Under the pieces are notes generated by a model. It was not told the origin of the DNA, did not search any database, and saw nothing but the letters and a program-made list of their open reading frames with translations. Below are positions 1 to 8,614 of a DNA stretch of 64,000 bases, piece after piece (the first letter of the stretch is position 1; each line of letters starts with the position of its first letter). The position numbers and the translations under genes are program-made. This DNA comes from Phycisphaerae bacterium (GTDB taxonomy: Bacteria; Planctomycetota; Phycisphaerae; UBA1845), in NCBI GenBank assembly GCA_029260015.1, contig JAJDEB010000023.1:45457-109456 (forward strand). The letters are read 5' to 3'.

Positions 1-1998
1 TCCTTCAAAGGTGACCACCAAATCGTCGTTCTCGAAATCGATTCTACCTACCATTGGTTGGCGCAGGTGATTGTCCTCGTACACCGAAACCAGCAACTCT
101 GCCGCGGGGAGAGCGTCGCCTACCTTTCGCAGGAAATCGGTGGCTTCAACGGTTTCGAACTTGTTTGAGTTCAGGTTGATGACGTCCATGTAGCGGGGGG
201 CATAGCGCATGACCTCTTCGGGTGTGGCGTTTGCCCGCAACCCAGGCTGACCGGGTGATACCAGCACGGGATAGTCGTCCCCCAACCGATCGACCGCTCG
301 GGTGCCCAGACCGGGAACCAAACGCACCAGTCCATCTTCACGTTGGATGCGCGGTGACCAGCGAAATTCGTTGTGGCTGAAGGCGACTCCGGCGAACGCT
401 GGCAGGAAATAATCCCCCACTTGCGTGCCCACCACTTCCTGAATGAGCACGCCCATCCCCTCTTGGAAATCGAGCAGGTTGCGTTCCGCGCGATACTCGA
501 TCGGATCGGGTCCGAAGGTTGAAGCGTAGACTTCGGCGATGGCGTCCATCAGGGCATCGAGGCGTTGCTGTTTGGTCCCGCGATTCGCCAGGAACAGGCT
601 CTTGTACTTGCCGGAAAATGCCGCCCCAAAGCGATCTTCCAGCAGACTGGAACTGCGCACGATCAACGGTTTTTCCCCGAGGTCGTCGAGGGCGAGTGAC
701 AGGCCTTTCACAATCGCCGAAGAGAATTGCGAGTTCTTGAACACCTGAACGATGTCGGGGTATTCCTGTCGAACCTCGTCAACCTCTTTGTACTTCTGCG
801 AGAAGACATCCTCGAGGTGGTTGCAATAAACAAAATCATGCATGCCATCGGAGGTGAGGTACCAGGTCTTTGGCGTTTTGATATCTGCGAGCAGCTCGCT
901 GTCGTCGATGTGCTTACGGATGATCTGATAGGCGAGAAACAGCCCCGCCCCTTTACCGCCAGTCTTGCCATGGCCACGCGCGGGGTAGATCAAGCGTCGA
1001 ATGAGCTGGTGAAAGTCCTTGATTTCAACGTAATTCTTAGCCACGTTGATGTACTCAAGCTGGTCCGACAGAAAACGCCGAACCAACGCAACCAGCAAAC
1101 CCTTGCGCGTCGAGTGCGAAAGCTCTACCTCGCCATGCCCCGCGTGCTGATAGCGCTGGATGGCATCGGCCACTTCCGAAATCGCGGTGTGATGATTCTC
1201 GAGCGTGTTGACCAGAAAGCTGGCGCGGTCCTGTTTGATCCACGCATGAATACACGAGATGATCTCCTCGTCGCTGAGATGTTCTGCGGCAAGGTCAAAT
1301 ACCTGTTCGGACAAGGCAATCGCGGATGGCCCCGAGTTTTTTTCGCGCGGGTGGTTCGATTCGAAGAATACGTCCGCTTCATCCGTCAATTCATGAGGGC
1401 TGAAGTGCTGCAAGAGTTGCCCGGCTTCGCGAATCCCGCTCCAGCAGAGGTGGTTGACCATCTTGCGGGCCACCCGCATCAGCAGGCTCTGATCGGTGCG
1501 CCGCAATAGGTCGAGAATCGCCAACCATTCGTGCCCATTGCGCGGTTTCGATTGCTCTGTGTCGTGCATGCGCTGCATGGTTTCGGTGAGGCGCCGGTGA
1601 CTGATACAATTACCGATGCGGTCGGCAATCGTCTCCAGCAACTTGCGCTCTTCTTTGAGAAACGGGCCTTCGTCGGCTTGGGGCATCTGCTCGGTGTAGA
1701 CCACTTCAATGGTCCCGATTGGCTCGCCGTAAGCCTTGATTGGTGCCTGCTGTTTCCATGGCGTCTCTTGGAAATTTGCGGCTTCGCATTCCACACCATC
1801 CACAGATATCCGCGCAGCGCACACGTCGGGGAATTGCCAACCCGGGGGAATGACCTCGATCGTTCCCTGAAACACTTCGTCGAGTGACGCCGCTTCATTG
1901 TTGGTCAGCTCTTCAACCTGGTAGAGGCAGTTCAACTCCTTCGCGCGCTCCTGCAGCGACTTTAGAATGTCGGAGACGCGTTTGTCTTGTTCGGGCAT
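1..1998 (-). CDS. PEP/pyruvate-binding (PPDK_N-type ATP-grasp) domain protein with N-terminal sensor-like domain; C-terminus runs off the window
   Basis: Absent from the ORF track because it has no stop in the window. Manual translation from the ATG at 1998 (MPEQDKRVSDILKSLQERAKELNCLYQVEE...) stays open for 666 codons to base 1. Motifs GHGKTGGKGAGL, PLIVRSSSLLEDRFGAAFSGKYKS and GVLIQEVVG match the nucleotide-binding domain of PEP synthase/PPDK. It is a paralogue of ORF 2024-3775, 25 nt upstream. Confidence 0.8.
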   Translation of the reverse strand, partial: MPEQDKRVSDILKSLQERAKELNCLYQVEELTNNEAASLDEVFQGTIEVIPPGWQFPDVCAARISVDGVECEAANFQETPWKQQAPIKAYGEPIGTIEVVYTEQMPQADEGPFLKEERKLLETIADRIGNCISHRRLTETMQRMHDTEQSKPRNGHEWLAILDLLRRTDQSLLMRVARKMVNHLCWSGIREAGQLLQHFSPHELTDEADVFFESNHPREKNSGPSAIALSEQVFDLAAEHLSDEEIISCIHAWIKQDRASFLVNTLENHHTAISEVADAIQRYQHAGHGEVELSHSTRKGLLVALVRRFLSDQLEYINVAKNYVEIKDFHQLIRRLIYPARGHGKTGGKGAGLFLAYQIIRKHIDDSELLADIKTPKTWYLTSDGMHDFVYCNHLEDVFSQKYKEVDEVRQEYPDIVQVFKNSQFSSAIVKGLSLALDDLGEKPLIVRSSSLLEDRFGAAFSGKYKSLFLANRGTKQQRLDALMDAIAEVYASTFGPDPIEYRAERNLLDFQEGMGVLIQEVVGTQVGDYFLPAFAGVAFSHNEFRWSPRIQREDGLVRLVPGLGTRAVDRLGDDYPVLVSPGQPGLRANATPEEVMRYAPRYMDVINLNSNKFETVEATDFLRKVGDALPAAELLVSVYEDNHLRQPMVGRIDFENDDLVVTFEG

Positions 1999-2023
1999 AG
2001 GTCACCTTCATACCGAGCGAATG

Positions 2024-3775
2024 CTAGTCGCGTAGAATCACGCCCCGCCCACACCGGCCATCGACACGGATTTGCAATGGCTCCGCGAGTCGCACGTGCC
2101 GTAGAAAACCAGTCTCCGCCAAACCCGGTTGTCGATCAAGCCAGTCCCAATCGATCGCGTAGTCGCCCGTGTGACGTTCGGTGAAGTATTGCACATGAAA
2201 GCTGAGCAGGTTGTGGAAGAAGTGCGATCCCTGACTCGCGTCCACGTGCATCTCTGGTAGCGTGGCTTCAACGATGGCGCGAGCCCCAGAGATTTGCGGC
2301 CAAGTTACCGGAATACCGAGCCACGGGTCGCTGCTCCCCCACCGCCCGAACCCGATCAACACGTATGGTCGCCGCTGAGAAACAAGTACGCTGTTGAGCT
2401 TCTCGATCTCTACCGCAATCTCGCGCGTGTGTTTCGCGTCGAAGGTTGTGGGTCGAACGTAAACCACGTCCACAATCGAATCGTTGGTACCGTTACCCAG
2501 GGCGCTATCCGTACTCAACAGGACGCGGTCTCCGTGCAAGTCGGATTCAGCGAGTTCGGTCCCTTCGGTGGCCGTCATCATGGGTCGGACTTGCAGAAAA
2601 CCGAAACGGGCAGGCAGGCCTTTTTGGCGATCCAACGTCAAGGCAAACTCGATTTCCACATCGCAACCAAGCGTCTGCTTGCAGTGTTCGCCCAAATGCA
2701 ACACGAGGTCGTTCAGCGGAATATCGTCGAACTCAAGAATCCGTGCGAAAGTGATTGCCCGCGGGCCAGTTCGGCGCGTACCCGGTGCTAGCCGATCTGA
2801 GCTTGCGTCGTAGGTCGAAGCGGTAAAACGCAGCACATCGTCGCGCTCGGCATCGTCCAACCCAGCCTCGACAAGGTACTCTGCTTCGTTGATGGGGTCG
2901 TATCGACTCGGGGCCATGTTGACCGCCCAGAGTTTTGTCTGGGAGTTTCGGAGCAAATCCCGAACCGAACCATAGGGAGGTGCATGGCGGGGATAGCGCG
3001 GGCTGTAATTCCAGGCAATTCCACCATCGACAATCGTCTTGCCCAGGCCGAGCGCCAAGGTCACCACACCGTCCTCGTGTTTGGCAGGACCAGTCGGATA
3101 ATAGTTGTGCGTGCGGATCACTCCGGAAACGATCGGGTAGAAGCGATCGTTGAATCGCTCACCGACGACCTCCTGAATAATGACGCCCATCCGTTCTTCT
3201 TCGACGCAGTGATCGATGGTGCGCATGTATCGCCGGGCGTCCTGAAAAAACGTCGATGCCCAGACGAACTTGATCGCTTCGGTGAGTTTTTTGAATCGAT
3301 CGCCCACTGCGGCTTGGTTGTTCGGTACCATCTTGGTTCCGTAGACACCGGCGAATGGATGTTGCAGGGCGTCTTCCAACAGGCTGGAGGATCGAACAGC
3401 CAGCGGGGTGGCGATCTGGGAAATCAGCGCGTGCAAGTCGCCAACGATGAGTGGTGGTAGCTCGGCTTTGATAAACGCGTGGGCGATTCGCTCATCGGAC
3501 AAGTCATCTTTGACGACATCATACAGCTTGTTTTGTACCATGAAGTGGTGGAAGACGTCGGTGCCTAGGACAGTCAATCGCGGTATGCCGACAACAACGT
3601 CCGGAAACGAATCCTTAAGGCCCGCATCTTGGATAATGCGTTTTGCGGTGGCCAGCCCCAGTGCTTTACCACCGATCTCGCCTCCACCGATGACCGTAAA
3701 GTCTTCGTCCGATTCAAAGAATTGGCGGTCGAATGCAGGGTACATGCTGGCACCTGTTTTCTCATTCATCGACAC
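2024..3775 (-). CDS. PEP/pyruvate-binding (PPDK_N-type ATP-grasp) domain protein without recognisable phospho-His swivel or PEP-utiliser C domains
   Basis: 583-aa ORF with motifs GGGEIGGKALGL, AVRSSSLLEDALQHPFAGVYGT and GVIIQEVVG. I could not see a GGxTSHAA-type His-domain motif. The start (GTG 3775 or ATG 3769) lies 6-12 nt after the gdh stop. Confidence 0.8.
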   Translation of the reverse strand: MSMNEKTGASMYPAFDRQFFESDEDFTVIGGGEIGGKALGLATAKRIIQDAGLKDSFPDVVVGIPRLTVLGTDVFHHFMVQNKLYDVVKDDLSDERIAHAFIKAELPPLIVGDLHALISQIATPLAVRSSSLLEDALQHPFAGVYGTKMVPNNQAAVGDRFKKLTEAIKFVWASTFFQDARRYMRTIDHCVEEERMGVIIQEVVGERFNDRFYPIVSGVIRTHNYYPTGPAKHEDGVVTLALGLGKTIVDGGIAWNYSPRYPRHAPPYGSVRDLLRNSQTKLWAVNMAPSRYDPINEAEYLVEAGLDDAERDDVLRFTASTYDASSDRLAPGTRRTGPRAITFARILEFDDIPLNDLVLHLGEHCKQTLGCDVEIEFALTLDRQKGLPARFGFLQVRPMMTATEGTELAESDLHGDRVLLSTDSALGNGTNDSIVDVVYVRPTTFDAKHTREIAVEIEKLNSVLVSQRRPYVLIGFGRWGSSDPWLGIPVTWPQISGARAIVEATLPEMHVDASQGSHFFHNLLSFHVQYFTERHTGDYAIDWDWLDRQPGLAETGFLRHVRLAEPLQIRVDGRCGRGVILRD

Positions 3776-3781
3776 TTCCGG

Positions 3782-5068
3782 TTAGACCCACCCGCGATCC
3801 TTACAGGCCTGGGCCACGCGGGCGATGGCGATGGTGTATGCCGCATCGCGCATGTATAGTTTTTGCCTGCGGGCCATGTCGCTGACACTAACGAACGCCG
3901 ACGTCATCATCACGTCGAGTTTCCCGAGCACTTCGTCTTTTTCCCAGAAGTAGTTCATGTTGCTTTGCACCTGCTCCAGGTAACTACAAGTGACACCACC
4001 GGCGTTGGCCAGGAAGTCCGGGATCACGAAAATCTTGCGCTCTTGAAGGACATGATCTGCGTCCGGGGTCGTGGGACCGTTCGCCCCTTCGGCGATAATC
4101 CTGACTCGCTTTCCGATCTTCAAAACGGTGTCAGCCGTAATCGCATTCTCCAGCGCACACGGCATGAGAATATCCACATCCTGCTCAATCCAGGCTTCAC
4201 CCGGCAGACACTCGTATCCCAATCCGACTGCCTTTTGCTGGTCGATTCCTCCGAATCGATCGGTAATCCCGCGCAACTCTGCGATGTCAATACCAGACTT
4301 CTTGCGGAAGGTGTACGGTTGCTGCGCCTTCTGATCCCAACAGGAAACAGCCACAACCGTGCCGCCAATTTGCTGATACAATTCAATGGCATACTGGGCC
4401 ACGTTGCCGAATCCCTGAACGGAAGCCACCGTATCCTGGGGCCGAATATCCAACTCTTTGAGGGCTTCACGAAGCGCAAACACAACCCCAAACCCGGTGG
4501 CCTCAGTACGACCTTGGGAACCGCCCATGCCAACAGGCTTACCGGTGATCGCTCCGGGAAAACGTCCGCCATTCATCTGCTCATATTCATCAACCATCCA
4601 GAGCATGTGCTGCCCGTTGGTCATCACGTCCGGGGCTGGCACGTCGCTGACCGGGCCGATGTTGCGCGCGATTTGCCGCACATAGGCCCGACAAATGTTC
4701 TGCTGTTCAGTCATACTCAAGTTATGGGGTTCGCAGATGACGCCACCCTTTCCGCCACCGAGTGGGAGTTTGGCAACGGCGCATTTCCACGTCATCCACA
4801 TCGCCAGCGCCCGCACGGTGTCAGCCGTCTCCTGAGGGTGGAATCGGATACCGCCTTTTGCCGGCCCGCGGGCGTCGTTATGCTGCACGCGATACCCTTG
4901 AAAGACCTTGAACGAACCGTCATCCATCCTCACCGGCAAGCTAAAGTGGTATTCGCGGAGCGGGTTGCGAAGCAGGTCCTTGGTGGCTTGATCCAGCCCC
5001 AGACTTTCTGCGATCTTGTCGAATTGCGATCGGGCCATTGTAAAGGCGTTGAATGGTTGAGCAGTCAT
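3782..5068 (-). CDS. gdh: Glutamate dehydrogenase (Glu/Leu/Phe/Val dehydrogenase family)
   Basis: Motifs RVQHNDARGPAKGGIRFHP and KLPLGGGKGGV, plus the NAD(P) Rossmann motif VQGFGNVA. I prefer the ATG at 5068 (MTAQPFNAF..., GGAG 9 nt upstream) to the ORF-track start at 5137, because the N-terminus then aligns with typical ~420-aa GDHs. Confidence 0.93.
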   Translation of the reverse strand: MTAQPFNAFTMARSQFDKIAESLGLDQATKDLLRNPLREYHFSLPVRMDDGSFKVFQGYRVQHNDARGPAKGGIRFHPQETADTVRALAMWMTWKCAVAKLPLGGGKGGVICEPHNLSMTEQQNICRAYVRQIARNIGPVSDVPAPDVMTNGQHMLWMVDEYEQMNGGRFPGAITGKPVGMGGSQGRTEATGFGVVFALREALKELDIRPQDTVASVQGFGNVAQYAIELYQQIGGTVVAVSCWDQKAQQPYTFRKKSGIDIAELRGITDRFGGIDQQKAVGLGYECLPGEAWIEQDVDILMPCALENAITADTVLKIGKRVRIIAEGANGPTTPDADHVLQERKIFVIPDFLANAGGVTCSYLEQVQSNMNYFWEKDEVLGKLDVMMTSAFVSVSDMARRQKLYMRDAAYTIAIARVAQACKDRGWV

Positions 5069-5144
5069 GGTGGTGCTCCAATCGAAACCGGAGTCAGCGT
5101 GAATTAAACGCCTACCAATGACTCGGAGGCGTTCCAAACAAGCA

Positions 5145-5181
5145 GGATGAGGCCAGCGATTTCAAAACCGTGGCCTCATCC
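5145..5181 (-). terminator. Hairpin downstream of norB (candidate intrinsic terminator)
   Basis: Perfect 11-bp stem GGATGAGGCCA/TGGCCTCATCC with a 15-nt loop. On the minus strand it is followed by TGCTTGTTTG. It sits between the norB stop (5246) and the gdh start (5068). Confidence 0.5.
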
Positions 5182-5245
5182 CTGCATTATATCCACAGGC
5201 ACTTTGCGTGCCAAATCTCTGGTGTCGTCTGATCAGTTCAAGAGA

Positions 5246-7474
5246 CTATCGCCCCTTCTTAAACGAATGCCCTGTCTTCAAGCCGGCTACAAATACGACC
5301 AGCGCAACGGCACCGAGAAAGAACACCGTGTCGCCCGGTACCCGCATCCATCGCAGATTTTGCATAATCGGAGTCTGCATGAATTCCGCACTTCGCGCAT
5401 ACCAATATCCGTGTTCAACCGATGCCCATGTCTGCATCAAGCCGACAGGCAACAGACTCAGCACGCACATCGCCATCAATCCGCCGTTCAAAGACCAGAA
5501 CGCGAATCGAAGCAATCCATCTTTCCAGTCACGCCCGGGAATCAAGACACGCAAGCAGACCAACATCAGGCCAATTCCGAGCATTCCGTACACGCCGAAC
5601 AGCGCAGCATGCCCATGAAGTGGAGTCGTGTTGAGCCCTTGCATGTAGTACAGGGCGATAGGCGGATTGATCATGAAACCAAACAGACCTGCTCCCACCA
5701 TGTTCCAGAACGCGACCGAGATGAAGAAGTAAATCGGCCACTTGTAACGCTGAACCCAGGGGGAACTTCGCGACCGTCGGAGATCTTCCGTGGCGTCGAA
5801 CCCAATCAAACAAAGCGGAACGACCTCCAATGCACTGAACACCGAACCCCACGCAAGGGCCACGGTCGGTGTGCCCGAAAAGTACAAATGGTGGCACGTT
5901 CCGATGATGCCGCCCGCCAAGAAAATGGTCGCAGACAGCAGCGCCGCCGCTGCGGCGAGTCCGGGGCGGATCAGATTCAAGCGCATGAAGATGAAGGCGA
6001 TCACCGTGGTCGCGAACACCTCGAAGAAACCCTCGACCCACAAGTGAACAACCCACCAGCGCCAGTATTCGACGATCGTAAGATGCGTGTGATGCCCCCA
6101 GGTAAGCCCGGCGCCGTAGAACAGCGCGATCGCAGCCGTCGAAACCGCCAACAGTGCAACGAGTTGTTTTTGCTCACCTTGCTTCCGAAGTGCCGGGCGC
6201 AAGACGCGCATCATGAGGAAGAACCAGAGCAACAATCCGCCAAACAGAGCAAGTTGCCACGCGCGGCCCAGGTCAACGTATTCGTACCCTTGATGTCCGA
6301 AGTAGAACGAGACGGTGTCCGACATCATGTTCTGAGTACTCATCCACTCGCCAATCAATGAACCCACCACAACCAGAAGCAGCGCACCAAATAAGATGTT
6401 GACGCCCAGACGTTGCCCTTTCGGTTCCTTTTCGCTGACAAGAGGACCGATGAACAGCCCGGCCGCCAACCAAGCAGTCGCAATCCAGAACAATCCAATC
6501 TGAATGTGCCACGTTCGTGTTACGCTATACGGCAACCAATCGGAGAGTGGAATACCGTAGAATCCATCTCCCTCGACGCCATAATGCGCGGTGATCACGC
6601 CGAGGAGCATTTGGACGAGGATCAATGCCGACACGATCCAGAAATACTTAATCGTCGCGCGCTGCGATGGCGTCGCTTCCCAGTGTCCGAGCGGATCGAT
6701 CTCGGGCGCGACCGGCTCTTCTTCGTCACTTCGACGCGACGCATACCACCATGCCATCGCCGAAATGCCTGCCAGCAGCATGATGATGCTCACGCCTGTC
6801 CAGACTACCGAATCGCCCGTAGCCCGATTCCCCACCAACGGTTCATATGGCCAATTGTTTGTGTACGTGACGGTGTCGTCGACGCGGTTCGTAGAAGCCG
6901 CCCACGAAGTCCAAAAGAAAAACGCAGACAAATTTCGCAGACGGGTAGGGTCAGAAACAGCATCCGCAGGAATCGCGTAGTCGATGTTTCCATTTGCAAA
7001 CACATCGGAATAGTGCTCAAGATTTGATTCAAATGCGGCGGCGCGGATTGGATCAATCGTAACCGTTTTGGTTGCTTCGTCGTAAGTGTTGGCCCGCATC
7101 AACTTAGACAGTCGGCCAGTCAACTGGGCGCGTTTCTCTTCGCCAAGTTTTTCGAAATCAGATCCAAACTCTGCGTTTGCCCAATTGTTGAGGATAAAAA
7201 CAGCTTCTCGATGAAGCCAGTCAGCCGTCCAGTCAGGGGCAACGTAACTCCCGTGACCCCATATCGACCCGACTTCCATCCCGCCCAGCGCTTGCCAAAC
7301 ATTTTGACCAGCCGTGATCCCTCCGTCTTCGATCAAGACAGCACCATCGGTCGTGATCACTCGATCAGGAATGGGTGGCACTTCCTGATAGATGCGTGTG
7401 CCAATCCACCCGAGCACCAGGAACGATAGAAACATCACCAAAGCAAAACTCAACCAAAGCTTTTTCATCTTCAT
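5246..7474 (-). CDS. norB: Nitric-oxide reductase, quinol-dependent large subunit (qNOR, NorB/NorZ type)
   Basis: 742 aa, the single-subunit qNOR length. The N-terminal extension contains GGQNVWQALGGMEVGSIWGHGSYVAPDWTADWLH. The heme-copper-oxidase core has HHTHLTIVEYWRWWVVHLWVEGFFEVF and multiple TM helices. Confidence 0.9.
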   Translation of the reverse strand: MKMKKLWLSFALVMFLSFLVLGWIGTRIYQEVPPIPDRVITTDGAVLIEDGGITAGQNVWQALGGMEVGSIWGHGSYVAPDWTADWLHREAVFILNNWANAEFGSDFEKLGEEKRAQLTGRLSKLMRANTYDEATKTVTIDPIRAAAFESNLEHYSDVFANGNIDYAIPADAVSDPTRLRNLSAFFFWTSWAASTNRVDDTVTYTNNWPYEPLVGNRATGDSVVWTGVSIIMLLAGISAMAWWYASRRSDEEEPVAPEIDPLGHWEATPSQRATIKYFWIVSALILVQMLLGVITAHYGVEGDGFYGIPLSDWLPYSVTRTWHIQIGLFWIATAWLAAGLFIGPLVSEKEPKGQRLGVNILFGALLLVVVGSLIGEWMSTQNMMSDTVSFYFGHQGYEYVDLGRAWQLALFGGLLLWFFLMMRVLRPALRKQGEQKQLVALLAVSTAAIALFYGAGLTWGHHTHLTIVEYWRWWVVHLWVEGFFEVFATTVIAFIFMRLNLIRPGLAAAAALLSATIFLAGGIIGTCHHLYFSGTPTVALAWGSVFSALEVVPLCLIGFDATEDLRRSRSSPWVQRYKWPIYFFISVAFWNMVGAGLFGFMINPPIALYYMQGLNTTPLHGHAALFGVYGMLGIGLMLVCLRVLIPGRDWKDGLLRFAFWSLNGGLMAMCVLSLLPVGLMQTWASVEHGYWYARSAEFMQTPIMQNLRWMRVPGDTVFFLGAVALVVFVAGLKTGHSFKKGR

Positions 7475-7510
7475 CCTCGTCTGGAAAACTGAGATTCGCT
7501 GACGGTTGAC

Positions 7511-7918
7511 CTATCCGCCATGCATACTGGCATTTCCAACGCCCTTCATCAGTGGGCAATCATCAATGGAATCTTGCGATTCACATTCGCTGATGACTTT
7601 CTTGAGCGACCGCTTCATCCTGTGCAACGATCGAACCTTGTCCTCGATGTCGGCGATCTTCTGCTCGGCACGTTGCCGAACGTGCTCGCATCTCGTGTTG
7701 GCATCGAACCACAGGGCAAGAATTTCTTTGATCTCGGCCAGTGTGAACCCAAGCTCTTTGGCACGTCGAATGAATTGCAATCGCGCAACCACCGACGCAT
7801 CGTATTGTCGATAGCCAGACGGCATTCGATCCGGTTCAGCCAACAACCCTTTCCGCTCGTAGAATCGAATGGTCTCAATTCCCGCACCCGACTTTTTTGC
7901 AAGTTCGCCGATTTTCAT
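7511..7918 (-). CDS. MerR-family transcriptional regulator with a MerR/PbrR-like Cys triad
   Basis: N-terminal wHTH MKIGELAKKSGAGIETIRFYERKGLLAEPDR..GYRQY, a coiled-coil dimerisation helix, and Cys at ORF-track positions 80, 115 and 124 (CEH...SEC...DDCPL). I prefer the ATG at 7918 to the TTG at 7927. The gene ends 36 nt before norB. Confidence 0.88.
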   Translation of the reverse strand: MKIGELAKKSGAGIETIRFYERKGLLAEPDRMPSGYRQYDASVVARLQFIRRAKELGFTLAEIKEILALWFDANTRCEHVRQRAEQKIADIEDKVRSLHRMKRSLKKVISECESQDSIDDCPLMKGVGNASMHGG

Positions 7919-7964
7919 AAAATTCAATACCGCCAGCCGAAGCCAACGTCCTCCACGATTTGGA

Positions 7965-7996
7965 ATTATAAACTCCGTACTATACTACAGAGTCAA
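7965..7996 (-). promoter_or_regulatory. MerR-type promoter/operator upstream of the merR-like/norB pair
   Basis: The minus strand reads TTGACT-(20 nt)-TATAAT. The long spacer carries a 22-bp imperfect dyad, ACTCTGTAGTATAGTACGGAGT, with 9 of 11 pairs complementary. This over-long-spacer architecture is characteristic of MerR-family-controlled promoters. Confidence 0.6.
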
Positions 7997-8614
7997 CCAA
8001 GAAATTTTGTAATCAACGCAGGGACTACTCAAGCCCCCACCGGGCAGGTACAGGATCTAAGGCGTTTGCCGGAAAGTGCGGTTGACAGCCTAAGTTTGTA
8101 CAGCCCGAAACCGCAAGGCGGCCCAACTTCATCCGCAGCAAATGCTCTGTGTAAGAGGAGTCGGCAGGTCCAGGAAATTCAGCGTGAAATGTTCTAGGTC
8201 ACGACCGCGGTCGACATGATTCGGCCCGAGTCCAAGAGAGTTGACTTTCAATTGATTGGCGAGCGTAAGTGGGAATTGCAAACTGACCACTACCATGGCC
8301 CAGTCAAGAAGGAAGAGTCAAGAGCCCATTCCATCGCCCCCGCGACCCATTCGACGAATGGCTCGCCATGATGCGCACAATTGTTGTCGCTTCGGACAAA
8401 GTCCTGCGCCGTACGTTGTTGTGTTTCGCTTAAAGAACAATACGAAGTATGGCAGCGACCAGAGCTACTCGACCGCCTGCTCGAACAACGACTCCCCCCG
8501 GAGCCCGAAAGTCCCTGAAATCCTTAGCAAACTGCGGAAAGGAGCACGAACGATCTGGGCGGAGCGCCCTAGCCCGACGCGACTAACCAGAGCAGTTGCG
8601 ACCCCGTCGACTGA

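Noticed and set aside
727-1509. 260-aa plus-strand ORF, the longest ORF offered by the track in the first 2 kb
   Set aside because: The opposite strand encodes a continuous 666-codon PPDK_N-domain protein (1-1998). That gene is missing from the track only because it lacks a stop in the window. The plus-strand ORF is its shadow.
3863-5107. 414-aa plus-strand ORF
   Set aside because: It is antisense to gdh, whose product carries unambiguous GDH motifs. The shadow ORF has no family features.
5147-6361. 404-aa plus-strand ORF (and the other plus-strand ORFs between 5208 and 7429)
   Set aside because: It runs antisense to the strongly supported qNOR gene. Its translation is Arg/His/Gln-rich, low-complexity and has no recognisable motif. 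This is a typical shadow ORF in GC-rich DNA.
8150-8200. Possible SRP (4.5S) RNA: GGCAGGTCCAGGAAATTCAGC resembles the conserved GUCAGGUCCGGAAGGAAGCAGC of helix 8
   Set aside because: The flanks cannot be folded into the required long hairpin and the GGAA tetraloop context is not preserved. I treat it as a chance resemblance. An Rfam scan would settle it.
7997-8614. 618-nt gene-free region including the 120-aa plus-strand ORF 8256-8618
   Set aside because: The ORF translation is low-complexity (Ser/Arg/Pro-rich) with no motif. I found no repeats, tRNA-like or known RNA signatures by eye. It is left unannotated apart from the MerR-type promoter at its edge.
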